A DNA stretch of 64,000 bases from positions 15,796,795 through 15,860,794 of the forward strand of contig NC_092670.1 in the NCBI RefSeq assembly GCF_964355755.1, given 5' to 3'. How positions within the stretch are numbered: the stretch's first letter is position 1; the number at the start of each line of letters is the position of its first letter. Positions 51,001 through 61,108 of this stretch are shown here, one piece after another. This stretch comes from Antedon mediterranea. Lineage: Eukaryota; Animalia; Echinodermata. The notes beneath the pieces were generated by a model, which had not been told where the DNA came from, did no database searches, and saw only the letters and a program-made list of their open reading frames with translations. The translations under genes were made by a program, and so were the position numbers.

Positions 51001-54000
51001 GCTTTAGTGAACAGGTACTTTTATACTTAAAGCTATCAATGCACCTGTATAATGAGTTAATTTTCCTCTGCTACGGTCAAACCTGTAACCAAGTGGGATT
51101 TGAGTTTTCCCCCGAACCCTCCTTTTTCCTCAATTAACCCCTTGATACCAGCAATGGAAGTGAGATTGAGATTATTACGGTAAAAGAGACATTCACATAT
51201 CCATTGGGCATTGGGGAATTTTGGGATGATTAGTATAGTACAGTATATCGTTTAAATCATGTATTGAATATCATTTCTGTCATTGTTCCTCAACACCAAT
51301 TTTTGTGATTTTTCTTTTCAGGTGAAAGTGATGTCATCTCTTAGAAAACCCAAACGAATTATAATCCGGGGTAACGATGAAAAGGATCACATGTTTTTAG
51401 CAAAGGGTGGAGAAGATCTTAGACTGGATCAACGAATCGAGCAGCTTTTTACACTCATGAATGAGATTTTGGAAAAGGATGCAACGTGTTGTCAGCGTGG
51501 GTTAAAACTGAAGACATATCAAGTTATTCCAATGACACCTAGGTATAATTTTCTGTAATTATATATGACAAATTAAATCAAAACAAAAACTTTCCAAGTA
51601 ACAAAATGTGGCAGAATAAATTAGCCTTTAGTACAATTGTATGATGTTTAACATTTTTTCATTACAGGTTGGGTTTGATAGAATGGTTACAGAAAACGTG
51701 TGTGTTTCGTGAATTTCTTTACGGAGCGATGACAGAGTCACAACTTAAATGTTATAATTCTGCGTAAGTTTTATACTTTTGACCAATAATAGAAAACACT
51801 ACTTTAGATATATAAATGTGTCCACTTTACCAAAAAGATCACAGGCTATTTTGATTGACTGAAATTGATTTTGATTAATACACACAGTACTGCAGTATAT
51901 GTATTGATTAATACACACTGTACTGCAGTATATGTATTAATACACACAGTACCTCAGTATAGTATATTGATTATTACACACATTACTGCAGTATATGTAT
52001 TGATTAATACACATGGTACTGCAGTATATGTATTAATACACACAGTACCTCAGTATAGTATATTGATTATTACACACATTACTGCAGTATATGTATTGAT
52101 TAATACACACTGTACTGCAGTATATGTATTAATACACACAGTACCTCAGTATAGTATATTGATTATTACACACATTACTGCAGTATATGTATTGATTAAT
52201 ACACATGGTACTGCAGTATATGTATTAATACACACAGTACCTCAGTATAGTATATTGATTATTACACACATTACTGCAGTATATGTATTGATTAATACAC
52301 ATGGTACTGCAGTATATGTTTTATTAAAACATATAGTAATTCAGTATATAAACATATAGAATCCGGACAAATTATGAAGTACAAAACACGAAAATTTGCG
52401 TCTGAAAACCGGACTGACAGTTAAAAAACTCCAATAGTATTATTTAAGTATTAAAGACCCCTTCCCTGCAATTTTGGACGTTTTTTGGAAAATAATACAT
52501 ATATATCACTTTAAAAACATTAAACCATGTCATTCCTTGTCTTAAATGTACGTTTTATGGTAAATTATGATAAAAAGTGAGAAACAATGCACTACCTAAG
52601 TAGCTCGCGGCGATCGACCTCTCGTGGACGGTCTCAGGCCTAGCCTAGCTAGGCTTAGTTTTGTAGGCCTAGCTGGTAAACATCGGTAACGTACGAACAT
52701 CGTACGCTAGCTATATACCTAGCCTGACGTTGTATAGTTGCTGCATTAATTGTCTTTCTATTTTTGCCACACTCCGTTGATACAAATTGGGGAAAACCCG
52801 GTATTTTCGCTGAAAAGTTAGGAGTCTTCCATTTGATTTGGCTTCACGATCGATCGAAAAGTGGGCGAATTACAGGTGAAAAACAACAATATCAATCCGC
52901 GCGCAATGCATTTTGGGATTTATAGCGGGCCGCTATAATTATTAAAATCGATTTATTTTTCACATTTTTAACCGTTTAAAGACGAAAAAAGTTATTGCAA
53001 TAGGACCATATAGTATTATTTTTACATTAAATATAGTTTGTGATCTTAAATTAGATCTAAAAAACGTAGGGAATGGGGCTTTAAATACACACAGTACCTT
53101 AGTACAGTATATGTATTGATTATTACACACATTACTGCAGTATATGTATTGATTAATACACACTGTACTGCAGTATATGTATTAATACACACAGTACTGC
53201 AGTAAATGTATTTGTTTCTCACTTTGTACAGAAATGGTTCTAGAGCAAAGATTTTTGCTTGGGTTAAAAAATTTGGAGGTGGACAGCAATTGAATCAGCA
53301 GTATGAAAAGATGTACAGGTAATGATGACATTATTGGAACCTTTTATTTTGACTGATCTATAAAGTGACAATATAGCATTATTATTTTGCATTTTTCATA
53401 GAATATACAGTAGTCTGATAAGTTCTTTCATTATTTGATGAATTTTGGTGTTTTGCTTTTTATAGCAAGGCAAATCGTACAGAAACACTGACTTGTTTTA
53501 GAGACTGCGAATCCCAAGTACCACCAGATTTACTCCGGTTTGTATTGCTTTTATGCTTTATTTCAAACAATATAAACCTAATTTAAATACATTTTTATGA
53601 CCTATTTAAACAGTATATAAAGATGTTTATTGTTAGTGTATGTTGAATATTGTCGGAGTAAACAGGTCATTATATGGGTCATTCTTCAGTAAGTGTCTAA
53701 TTTCAGGTTTATAAAAAATCGATTTTAAAATTTGCATTTTTTAAATTTTAAAAGTTTATTCAGATAAATGAACATGTATTACATGGCAAGCGTATGTTTG
53801 GCACAATCTTTATTATATATTTCGTATTTTATTCGTATTTATAAATACATGGTTCTATGTTACTGTCATTTCCGTCACATTTATGGAATATACAAAGATA
53901 GAAAAAATAACGGTTCAGGAATTATAAAATTATTTCCATTATTAATTCTTTGATACTATATATTATTTTTGTCTTTATTAATCAAAAAATGATTGTTTTA

Positions 54001-57000
54001 ACATTTATAAGTATGATGTTATACGTTCAAAACCATTTACTATTCCAAAAAATAATAATTTTCAGAAAATAGTATGACTGTCACTGATGTTTTACCGTGA
54101 CGGATATGACGAACCTAAAAAATCATGTGACGGAGATGACTTTAAGATATGATTTGATTATGTTTATTGACCAGAGTCACATAGATATATACAATGTAAT
54201 AACATAATAAAGATATACAAAACAAAATGTACAACAAAAAAAGGCCCTGGCAATAACAAAAAGTCATATCCGTCACGGGCCGTCATATCCGTCACAACGA
54301 AACATTGGGAAATGTGACGGAGATGATGTATTTAGCATTGGACAGCCTAGGATCACATCGTAGGCATGTCTGACAGCGGAGACGGATTGCATACTTCTAG
54401 ATACCGTGAATAACTTATACTTCCAGTTGAAAAAAAACAGAAATTATAATTATTTAATGAGTTCTATACCATTCGGATATGACATTCAATAAAGGTACGC
54501 AGCTGTAATTTTTCTAAAACCTCGTTTTTTTTAGCTTTTTTCCTCTTTTATTGAAAATAATGTGCGGCTAGTTTAATTTCAATATCTTCGTATGTTTACA
54601 ACGCACAGTAAATTTTTTTCCCCGCCGTTCATTAAACTGTAGACGGTACATTTAAATTATGTGACGGAAATGACACAAAACTGCGGGACAAGCTTTTTCC
54701 AAACAAAAACTTTAAAGTTTGAGATTTAATGTATGTAGAGATGTATTTCGAAGAATATAATCGCATGAAATCATGATTAACTAACTTTTTACAATATTTT
54801 CGATAACAAAAGTCCTGTTATCAAATATATACGGCGATCATAAAATTGAAGATGTACGATCGGGACATAGGATTTTAGGGGGTTGCCTGAAACATTTTTA
54901 TAAAAATTAACAATATCTATATATAAATTTACGTAAGGGCAAAATTCGGTAAATCGCGCCTTACTTCTAGAATTTTTACTCGATGGTATATAAAGTTGGT
55001 TCGTACTTTCGGTACTGATTTTAACCACCTGATGAAAAATACTCGCCACAAAAATGCGAGGAGGCTTCGCATTTTCCTATCTCCTCCTACGATAATTGTT
55101 TTTAATAGCTGAAAACTGGTTGAACAGCTAGAGTACAGCATCGTAATGTTGAAGGCCGATTTTCTTTTAAAAAATACTATTTTGATAGATTTAATATACG
55201 ATTATACAAATGTATTGATTTGCAATGAATGGAACATCCCAATCTCTCAGTCTGCCAGAGTTTGGTTTAACACAAGTAGGTAAATTTATGAGCCCTTGGT
55301 TTAACACATACGATAGGTAAATATATGGGCCCTTTGAGAATAAACTTGCAATACTTTGACAATACTGTAAATACCTATTAACTATTTTTGGTACTCATTT
55401 GAATCGAACATTTCTTACTGTGAATGTTCGTACTGTTAGATGTAATATAAAAATATATACAAATAAAGTTTATTACTGAGATTGTGGATAGGCTCTACTG
55501 TTAGATATATAAACACATTATTATATACACATAAACTTTATACTGACAGTTCCTTCTCAACGTTTGTATTAATTAATAATTACCAATAATATAAACGTCG
55601 TAGTGGTGTATCGTGACATGTACTTTAATATTTCAATCGATTATGACAGTGACAGTTTTAACAAAGTATTAAATCGCAAATGTTTACTGTATTTATTTAC
55701 TGAGTGGATAAAGAATATATTTAAAAATTGTTCCTCTTTTTACCTATCTGCTTTCCCATCCCTCAACTCTAATGTTACATACAAAACACAAATTGGGTTT
55801 CTTTAAATAAGTCCAAATCAAAACTTTGGACTCATTTTGTGATAAGTTTCTCCTTCGGAAGTAATTCCCAGGGTGCTAATTTTAGTTGACTACATAAATC
55901 ATCGTGTCTATTTATTCGTTTCTGTAAACGACAATGTATTATAGTCCTGCACATTTGAAATTGCTAGTTTTGTAACGCTGAAATTACTGTGTATTCGAGA
56001 ACCATCTGTGGGCACGACCTAGATGGTACGCGAGCGAAGCGAGCGTACCATCTAGTCAATGTAATTATCTTTGTTTTATGTAATTAATTATATTTACAAT
56101 AATGTTGATTATGATTTAAGTCAAGAATTTTTATTTTTTAATGATGAATTTTCAGTCTCTATCCCACCAAAGTATCGGGACACGATTTTAGACATTTAAC
56201 TGAAGAATGACCCATATACTTGGTGAAAACTGCCAAGTACTATAGTACTAGTAAATGTATCCATTGTTTTAACTTTTGTATTGTTTATTGGGATAAATCT
56301 ATTCTATACATCTAGACAAGCTTTCTTTTCAATGAGTTCTACTCCAGAAGCTTTCCTTACCTTAAGGACGCATTTCATACGCACGCACAGCGTCCTCTGC
56401 ATTTGTCAATATCTACTCGGCATCGGTGATCGACATCTGTCAAACTTCTTAGTCGACATGGAAACAGGCGGAATGATTGGCATTGATTTTGGACATGCAT
56501 TTGGATCAGCAACTCAGGTTATTATGCAAATTAATATATTAGTAGTTTAGATTGGTAGTTGGTAGTGTACCAATTATACCCTTCTCCAAAATGTAACAAC
56601 TTGTAACCAGGTTTGCATATTGTGAATACAATTTTGTGGAAAATCTCCCAAGGTATTAAACTGACCAATCATAGTGATCAAATAGCGCGCAACTACACTT
56701 TCCTTCTGAGATTTCTTAGAGGTCGCCTATCCATTTATGAAAACGTGTAATAAATCTGTAGATAAACCTGGTTACAACTTGTAACAATTTATGCAGATGT
56801 GAAACGGGTAACATGATTGCTAGAACTGGTGTCATCAAATAAGTCATGTGCATATGTAAATAAGTTAATTTCAGTAAAGAAGTAAAAAATATAATTATAC
56901 ATCTAACGGCCATTGACTACTGTAATTACAGTTTTTAAGTAGCGTTTATTTGGCATACAAATCTTTATTTCTTATATAGTTTTTACCAGTTCCTGAATTG

Positions 57001-57909
57001 TTGCCATTTCGGTTGACACGGCAAATAATGAATCTGATGCTCCCATTCAATCAAGACGGATTACTTCAAAGCACTATGTGCCACACGCTCCGAGCAATAC
57101 GCAACAACCATGATTTACTTCTTAACACGATGGACGTGTTTATAAAGGAGCCCTCACTGGACTGGAAAGTAAGGCATCTTCACAGACTATTGCCTTTTTT
57201 GCACATATATGGACACGATAAAGTGATATCACTACCATATTTAAACAAATCACAATTTCAAATTTGTCAAACTAGTTTGTTTAGACAGAGCCTCAGTTGT
57301 CTTATTCTTTATTATTATTTATTCTCATGTATATGAAATATATTTACTATATTAATGCTGTTTTGCTAAGGTGTTAGTGTTAAGGTTATATTTTTTTTAA
57401 ATCATTCTTCTAGGAATTTGCTCAGAAAGCAGTCACACAGAGGACTGATGAGGATGAGGTGGATGGGGGTGACATGTCATGGTACCCTAAAGAAAAAGTC
57501 AGCTACGCCAAGGCCAAATTTAAAGGAGCTAACCCTGCATATATAACCAGGTTAGTATATAATAGTATAAAGAATATTTGGAGGCTAATCCAATGTATAT
57601 AGTTGAAACTTGTGGTTTATAAAAACATTTTTTAAGAAACCTTATGGACTATTCCATTATGTTTAAAGAAGTCTTGCTTCTTAAGTGCATAATTATTTTC
57701 TCAGACAAGAACTTCATCTTGGTCATGGTACAAAGCCTGTGTGCGTATCATTCAAAAGTGTGGCTAAAGGTGATCCTAAGTACAACCAGAGAGCTCAGGA
57801 ACCAGACCACGATCTAAGTGTTGAAACTCAGGTAGCATGTTTGATTGACCAGGCTACTGATGCTAATGCTATGGCCAGAATATATTATGGATGGGAACCA
57901 TGGATGTAG
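15071..57909 (+). CDS. PRKDC: DNA-dependent protein kinase catalytic subunit (DNA-PKcs), complete multi-exon gene, about 4134 aa
   Basis: Hand-spliced exons keep one open frame (sum 12405 nt): 15071-15215, 16674-16750, 18232-18399, 18637-18745, 18984-19096, 19491-19590, 19955-20106, 20188-20343, 20438-20533, 22726-22808, 22907-22988, 23312-23480, 23584-23633, 24034-24162, 24471-24611, 25049-25321, 25805-26038, 26446-26605, 26919-27200, 27349-27410, 27490-27573, 27710-28113, 28503-28597, 28687-28789, 28956-29089, 29290-29359, 29626-29813, 30130-30347, 30684-30806, 30896-30987, 31191-31323, 31559-31729, 31827-32083, 32298-32433, 32674-32831, 33036-33138, 33400-33527, 33725-33932, 34285-34463, 34663-34831, 35247-35391, 35640-35806, 35880-36014, 36485-36601, 36989-37269, 37629-37760, 38292-38525, 38866-39015, 39863-40036, 40150-40248, 40365-40575, 40740-40923, 41319-41543, 42003-42124, 42314-42445, 42703-42882, 43141-43228, 43326-43449, 43640-43778, 43860-43937, 44023-44133, 44265-44390, 44887-44985, 45303-45526, 45976-46126, 46720-46894, 47163-47273, 47370-47455, 47630-47786, 48064-48227, 48655-48777, 49229-49408, 49770-49940, 50046-50105, 50434-50572, 50947-51014, 51322-51542, 51668-51763, 53232-53318, 53466-53537, 56316-56517, 56980-57168, 57414-57550, 57705-57909. 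Diagnostic peptides: [83 protein letters not shown] and C-terminal GWEPWM*. Confidence 0.97.
15381..16570. mobile_element. Kolobok-like MITE (TIR (aga)tgtattgtcccc) hosting a nested element
   Basis: tgtattgtccccctgaaaaa ... tttttgggggacaatacatct; related copies at 17569-18106 and 44519-44700. Confidence 0.65.
15453..16279. mobile_element. MULE- or hAT-like MITE with 8(9)-bp TSD
   Basis: TSD cataatac at 15445-15452 and 16280-16287; long imperfect TIRs containing gccgccgacaagttgagccgcc...ttctatgaaacgcc. Confidence 0.85.
17291..18106. mobile_element. Kolobok-like MITE (TTAA-flanked, AG...CT termini) with a LINE/SINE tail inserted at its left end
   Basis: ttaa|agat at 17287, agatgtattttccc at 17569 and gggacaatacatct|ttaa at 18093-18110. 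The intervening (aat)n...tttatatagcgcc is an inverted L2-type tail. Confidence 0.6.
18470..18601 (+). mobile_element. L2-type LINE/SINE 3' end
   Basis: aagcgcttag...ggcgctatataag...(att)n tail. Confidence 0.55.
19291..19461. mobile_element. Short MITE (PIF/Harbinger-like)
   Basis: aggccaatttacacagttgagcagtaa ... ttactgctcgtctgtgtaaattggcct inverted ends. Confidence 0.7.
19748..19824. repeat. Palindromic mini-element
   Basis: ggtgtctagaaaactcagatatctgagttttctaga ... ttttctagacacc. Confidence 0.6.
20645..21070 (-). mobile_element. CR1/L2/Jockey-group LINE 3' fragment
   Basis: ORF 21069-20779 reads [29 protein letters not shown]...RLSSLYN...LDIF, followed by a 3' UTR resembling the tail nested at 14650-14720. 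Confidence 0.75.
21088..22559 (-). mobile_element. Helentron-associated non-autonomous element (HINE/DINE-1-like)
   Basis: One end has the hairpin aggttatatgca-tatca-tgcatataacct (22528-22556). The other has the matching subTIR taggttatatgca (21119), the stem-loop aattcgtca-cta-tgacgaatt (21097-21117) and a terminal ctag. Confidence 0.75.
25335..25590. repeat. About 84-bp tandem repeat (about 3 copies)
   Basis: ttactgcagtaaat...catttcatt...atctggtt repeated. Confidence 0.8.
26184..26362. mobile_element. Degenerate MITE
   Basis: agcttggttcgcaac ... gttgctagtgggaac ends and internal (gttgc) motifs. Confidence 0.45.
29108..29235. mobile_element. MITE family agctctgtctacactatcaaact, partial copy
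   Basis: Left TIR ctctgtctacattatcaaact plus the family internal motifs. Confidence 0.7.
30369..30630. mobile_element. MITE family agctctgtctacactatcaaact, rearranged or double copy
   Basis: agctctgtctacac ... tctgtgtctacactatcaaact ... tagacagagc. Confidence 0.75.
35442..35572. mobile_element. MITE family agctctgtctacactatcaaact
   Basis: agctctgtctacactatcaa ... tttgatagtgtaaacatagct. Confidence 0.8.
36150..36396 (-). mobile_element. DeuSINE with tRNA-derived head
   Basis: Minus strand tagccaagcggttaag (A box), ggttcgaggctc (B box), then gtcttctcggataaagactataaaccataggtcc core. Confidence 0.8.
38545..38646. mobile_element. MITE family agctctgtctacactatcaaact, partial copy
   Basis: Right TIR agtttgatgctgtaaacagagct. 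Confidence 0.65.
39088..39703. repeat. 32-bp intronic minisatellite (about 19 copies)
   Basis: Unit cagtatcatgtctagagaatataaacattttg, nearly invariant. Confidence 0.97.
41581..41800 (+). mobile_element. Penelope-like element end with a minimal hammerhead motif and an inverted partial copy
   Basis: ctgagga-c-gatcaa-agcata-ttgatc-gaaa-cgtc at 41645-41678; inverted copy at about 41581-41628. Confidence 0.65.
44717..44841. mobile_element. MITE family agctctgtctacactatcaaact
   Basis: Perfect TIRs agctctgtctacactatcaaactag / ctagtttgatagtgtagacagagct. Confidence 0.85.
45699..45855. mobile_element. MITE family agctctgtctacactatcaaact, full length, TA/TWA-flanked (Tourist/PIF-like)
   Basis: tta|agctctgtctacactatcaaact ... 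agtttgatagtgcagacagagct|taa. Confidence 0.85.
47050..47162. repeat. About 39-bp tandem triplication ending at a PRKDC splice acceptor
   Basis: gtcacta...agagattatctttttttt repeated three times; the last unit ends in gacag. Confidence 0.8.
48810..49098 (-). mobile_element. DeuSINE with tRNA-derived head
   Basis: Minus strand gagtggcctagcggttaa, ggattcgaggctc and gtcttctcggataaggactataaactataggtcc. Confidence 0.8.
50721..50860. mobile_element. MITE family agctctgtctacactatcaaact
   Basis: ctctgtctacactatcgaact ... gatagtgtagacag. Confidence 0.8.
51322..57909 (+). CDS. PRKDC: PRKDC exons 77-84: PI3K-like kinase domain and FATC
   Basis: [38 protein letters not shown] (51322-51542), catalytic DRHLSN and DFG (56316-56517), PFRLTRQ...EPSLDWK (56980-57168), and [26 protein letters not shown] (57705-57909). 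Confidence 0.97.
51872..53212. repeat. Minisatellite of 31-36-bp related units with a 102-bp higher-order period, interrupted by a MITE
   Basis: tacacacagtactgcagtatatgtatt variants; the ORF 51865-52359 shows a 34-aa period. Confidence 0.9.
52455..53080. mobile_element. Kolobok-like MITE (TTAA TSD)
   Basis: ttaa|agaccccttccctgc ... gtagggaatggggct|ttaa. Confidence 0.75.
53676..56213. mobile_element. About 2.5-kb non-autonomous TIR element with ATAT TSD (Sola-like)
   Basis: atat|gggtcattcttcagtaagtgtctaa ... ttagacatttaactgaagaatgaccc|atat, with multiple internal gtgacggawatgac motifs. Confidence 0.8.
56595..56790. mobile_element. Small inverted-repeat element
   Basis: ttgtaaccaggttt (about 56601) ... 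aaacctggttacaa (about 56764). Confidence 0.5.
57205..57292. mobile_element. MITE family agctctgtctacactatcaaact, partial copy
   Basis: atcactaccatattt...tgtcaaactagtttg...tagacagagc. Confidence 0.6.
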
Positions 57910-59039
57910 GCTGATTTTCATAAATGGTTTCTCAATGCTCAGGGCTGCAAATATAGATACAAATATATTCTTTTTTTCAGGAACATGTATTCATATACAT
58001 ATTTTACTGAATTTCAGGAAAAAAAATTGCACAAAGCTACACTTTTCGGTGTTATTAGCGTCATAAAAAACTATAGTAACCTTAATTGACAAAATAATAT
58101 GGTACATCTACATAACCAAGTGTAAAACTGATGTGTAGGTATTTTAGGTATGTTTATGCAGATATACCAATGAAAGTGTAGAAATGGTTATACAAATTTT
58201 TGTAATGTAAACAGGCCCTACTGTATGCAGAACATATCTATATCTATGTCCATATGAAATATAATATCTATAAAATATTATGTTTATTATTCCTTTGTCT
58301 GGAAAAATAGACATATTAGTGGCCGAGATCAAATCAAAATTTGAACAAAAACAAACAAAACCTTCTTTTCAGGAAAGGATTCTTAATATAAAAAAAATTA
58401 AAATTATTTTTCTTTGTGTTGAAATAAATCATCTTAATCATTAACAAATTAGTTAAAATCTTTCCACAAAGTCCTAATTATTAGATTTCCATGGAGACGC
58501 TAAGGATGTCTTAAGTATTCGAGTTGCCTTAGCATCTGTATTTATGTATCTTTTTTGCGGCCCTACGTCACACTTTGACTTTAATCTCCCATTAGATTTA
58601 TTAGATATTATATTGATCCAAAGGCAAATTACTGAAAAAACTGACAATGCTGTGGATATCAATGGAGATACAGCATGAAATAAGCAGAAATCTAAATCAA
58701 AACGATATACTGTAGTAAAACAGCCAGAAAAATGTGTTTACATCGTTACTTCCCCTCCTTCACACCTTCTATTGTCAAAGGTGCTTTTAATACAATTGTA
58801 AAAAAAAATAATATTCGGTAGCAGGTCCACAGATTTCACTCAATTTGTGTAGGTATAAAATCGTAAATATGTATAAATAAAACACTAATAATAACAACTA
58901 TATACTTTATTCTATTAACAACATTAAGAGTTGTAAATAAAGTTAATTTTTACTGTACAACAATTTGGAAAATATAATGTATATCTTGGTTTTTATTTTT
59001 GTCCACTAAATTGTCGATTCATTTGTGTTGTTAAAAGTG

Positions 59040-59116
59040 TTAGCAACCGCAGTCCTGAGCAATGGCATTGATTTAACTGTATTGCTGGAAACACCAAACC
59101 ACCAATGTCAGAGTTT
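59040..59116 (-). pseudogene. Decayed partial duplicate of the last START exon in its 3' UTR
   Basis: tagcaaccgcagtcctgagcaatggcattgatttaactgtattgc...accaccaatgtcagagt versus exon 59139-59237 tagccaccgcagccctgaataattgcattgatttgactatattgc...accaccaatgtcagagt. Confidence 0.75.
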
Positions 59117-59121
59117 ACTTT

Positions 59122-61108
59122 TTACAAGGTTGTTTTCTTAGCCACCGCAGCCCTGAATAATTGCATTGATTTGACTATATTGCCCGGGATAGCAGAATCC
59201 ACCAGGGCTGTAGGAAGCATACCACCAATGTCAGAGTGTACTATGAAAGTCATTTCACATTTATTCTCATCTCTGGAAAAAAACAAATGAAATAAGATTA
59301 ATAGCAATGAGAAGGAGACGTGCATTATTATGGGACGCTCCAAAACCATATTTTTTATATCGGTTTTTAAATTCTATGTCGTCATAGTTGGTGTAGGTTA
59401 CCGTATGACATGATGATAGTGAATACGTCGACCGTTTTACACATTAAACACATCTTTCGACGTAGGCTACACAGTTTATGAGGAGACATTCATTATATTA
59501 AGGCCAAACCCTTATTTTGATATCGCTTATTAAATTCGATGTCGTCGTCATAGTTGGTTTGGGTTATGACGTGATGATTGAATATGTCGATCGTTAACAA
59601 ATGTTTTACACCTTGAACTTGCCATGATTTTATCTTTCGACGTACGCAATTTTCACTTGCAAAAGTTTCCATTTCAATTTGTCAACGTTTCTCTTTTCGT
59701 TGGCGTCGTTGCAATGTCGTTATTTGCGTGGTCGTTAAAACGGACGGACGTTATGTCATTTGGTGATGTACGCGAATCAACTTAGTTAAAAACCGCACTT
59801 ACTCTGACGAGGTTTTAAAAAACGCACCACTTGCGTAATTTTTACCGCGTACCCATTTGCTTTGGACTGGATACTCTGAAAACTCAATGCTGAAGGAACT
59901 TGAACTGGCAGTTTTTGTTTCTGAATTATTGCTGAGTTTTACAATGTCGACGAATTCACGACTTGATATCATTCCCATTGCTATACTCTTGCACACCGTT
60001 CGCAGAATTATCGTATCCTAAAAATAAATGTCGCATTAAAGATCTTTACATTCTCTTCGACAACCCACACCATAAGCTGTGTCTATGCTATGTGAACGTC
60101 GAACTAGACTGTGCAAGGACTACTTTCAGAAATTTAAAGACCCTTCTCATAGACTACACCATCTTTTGACAAATTAAAGAATTTTGCATTCCAAAAGTAA
60201 AAACGGAACGATCAAAAAATGTTACCTGATCGAAATTCTTAACAACGTCGCAGGATTCTAGTTGTGTATCCCATTCCATTCTTGTTCCCAGTGGTGTGGG
60301 AAGCCAAACGTGGAATGCTACATCCAAGTTACCATTGAGAGTAAGTTCAGTCTTGTATCTAGGAAAAGGTCAAGACATATTACTGCAACATCCTTAGTGA
60401 TGTTAGAGTAGTCTGACTAAGGCAATCTATTGCCTTAGTCTTCTAAGGATAGACCTAACGATCGACTTTAAGGGTGCATATTTCAATGCTTTGAGTATTT
60501 TTAAATAATTTGTTTCTTACATGAAACTACCAACTTCTTTTGACTTCTTCGAGTAAACAATAATACCATCCTTCAAAGAAAAAAAAAGTTGTTTTTGTTT
60601 TGTCTTTTGTAGCAGCTTCTCATCTTTACATTTACTATGCTTTGAGATTTTATAATAGGGCCTATGTGGTTTTAAAGAATTATTCAATTGTCTTTGAGAT
60701 GAAGACACTATACATCAGAATTTTATAGTGTTTTATTTTTCAAGTAAGTTCTGTTTTATATTTTTTAAGAAAATCGATATATGGCCTGATGTGTAGACTC
60801 AATTCAATGAAACTTTTTTTGTCTCAACGATTATAGCCAAAGTCGTATAATATAGGTGGAATGCCATCCTGAGATGAGTAGTTGTAATTAGTACAGTTTT
60901 TAATTAATTTATATATAATTTTATTTCTTTGAACCAGAGATTCATTCCGAAATAAAAGATTTAATAAATGAATATTTAATTTACCGAATTAAGTCAAATT
61001 GCTTACAGTTTTCTTTGTCTCCGTCCAGTTTCCAGTGTCCTGGTATAGAACTAGAAGTTTCTTTTCTGCCTCTTGCCCAGCTGCTATGTAGTCTATTTGA
61101 TTTGACAT
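59122..61108 (-). CDS. StAR-related lipid transfer (START) protein, STARD4/5/6 subfamily (STARD5-like), about 216 aa
   Basis: Exons on -: 61108-61007 (MSNQIDYIAAGQEAEKKLL...WTETKKT), 60570-60521, 60358-60226 (RMEWDTQL), 60017-59803 (AMGMISSREFVD...WVRGKNYASG) and 59272-59122 (SDIGGMLPTALVDSAIP...*). All introns are GT-AG and the 651 nt stay in frame. Motifs match the STARD4/5/6 START fold. Confidence 0.9.

Noticed and set aside
51865-52359. 164-aa hydrophobic repeat ORF
   Set aside because: It is the translation of an intronic minisatellite with a 102-bp period.
60392-60450. C/D-box-like gtgatg...ctga with terminal stem in a START intron
   Set aside because: It is too short, antisense to the host gene and better explained by the adjacent hairpin gactaaggcaat/attgccttagtc of a repeat stub.
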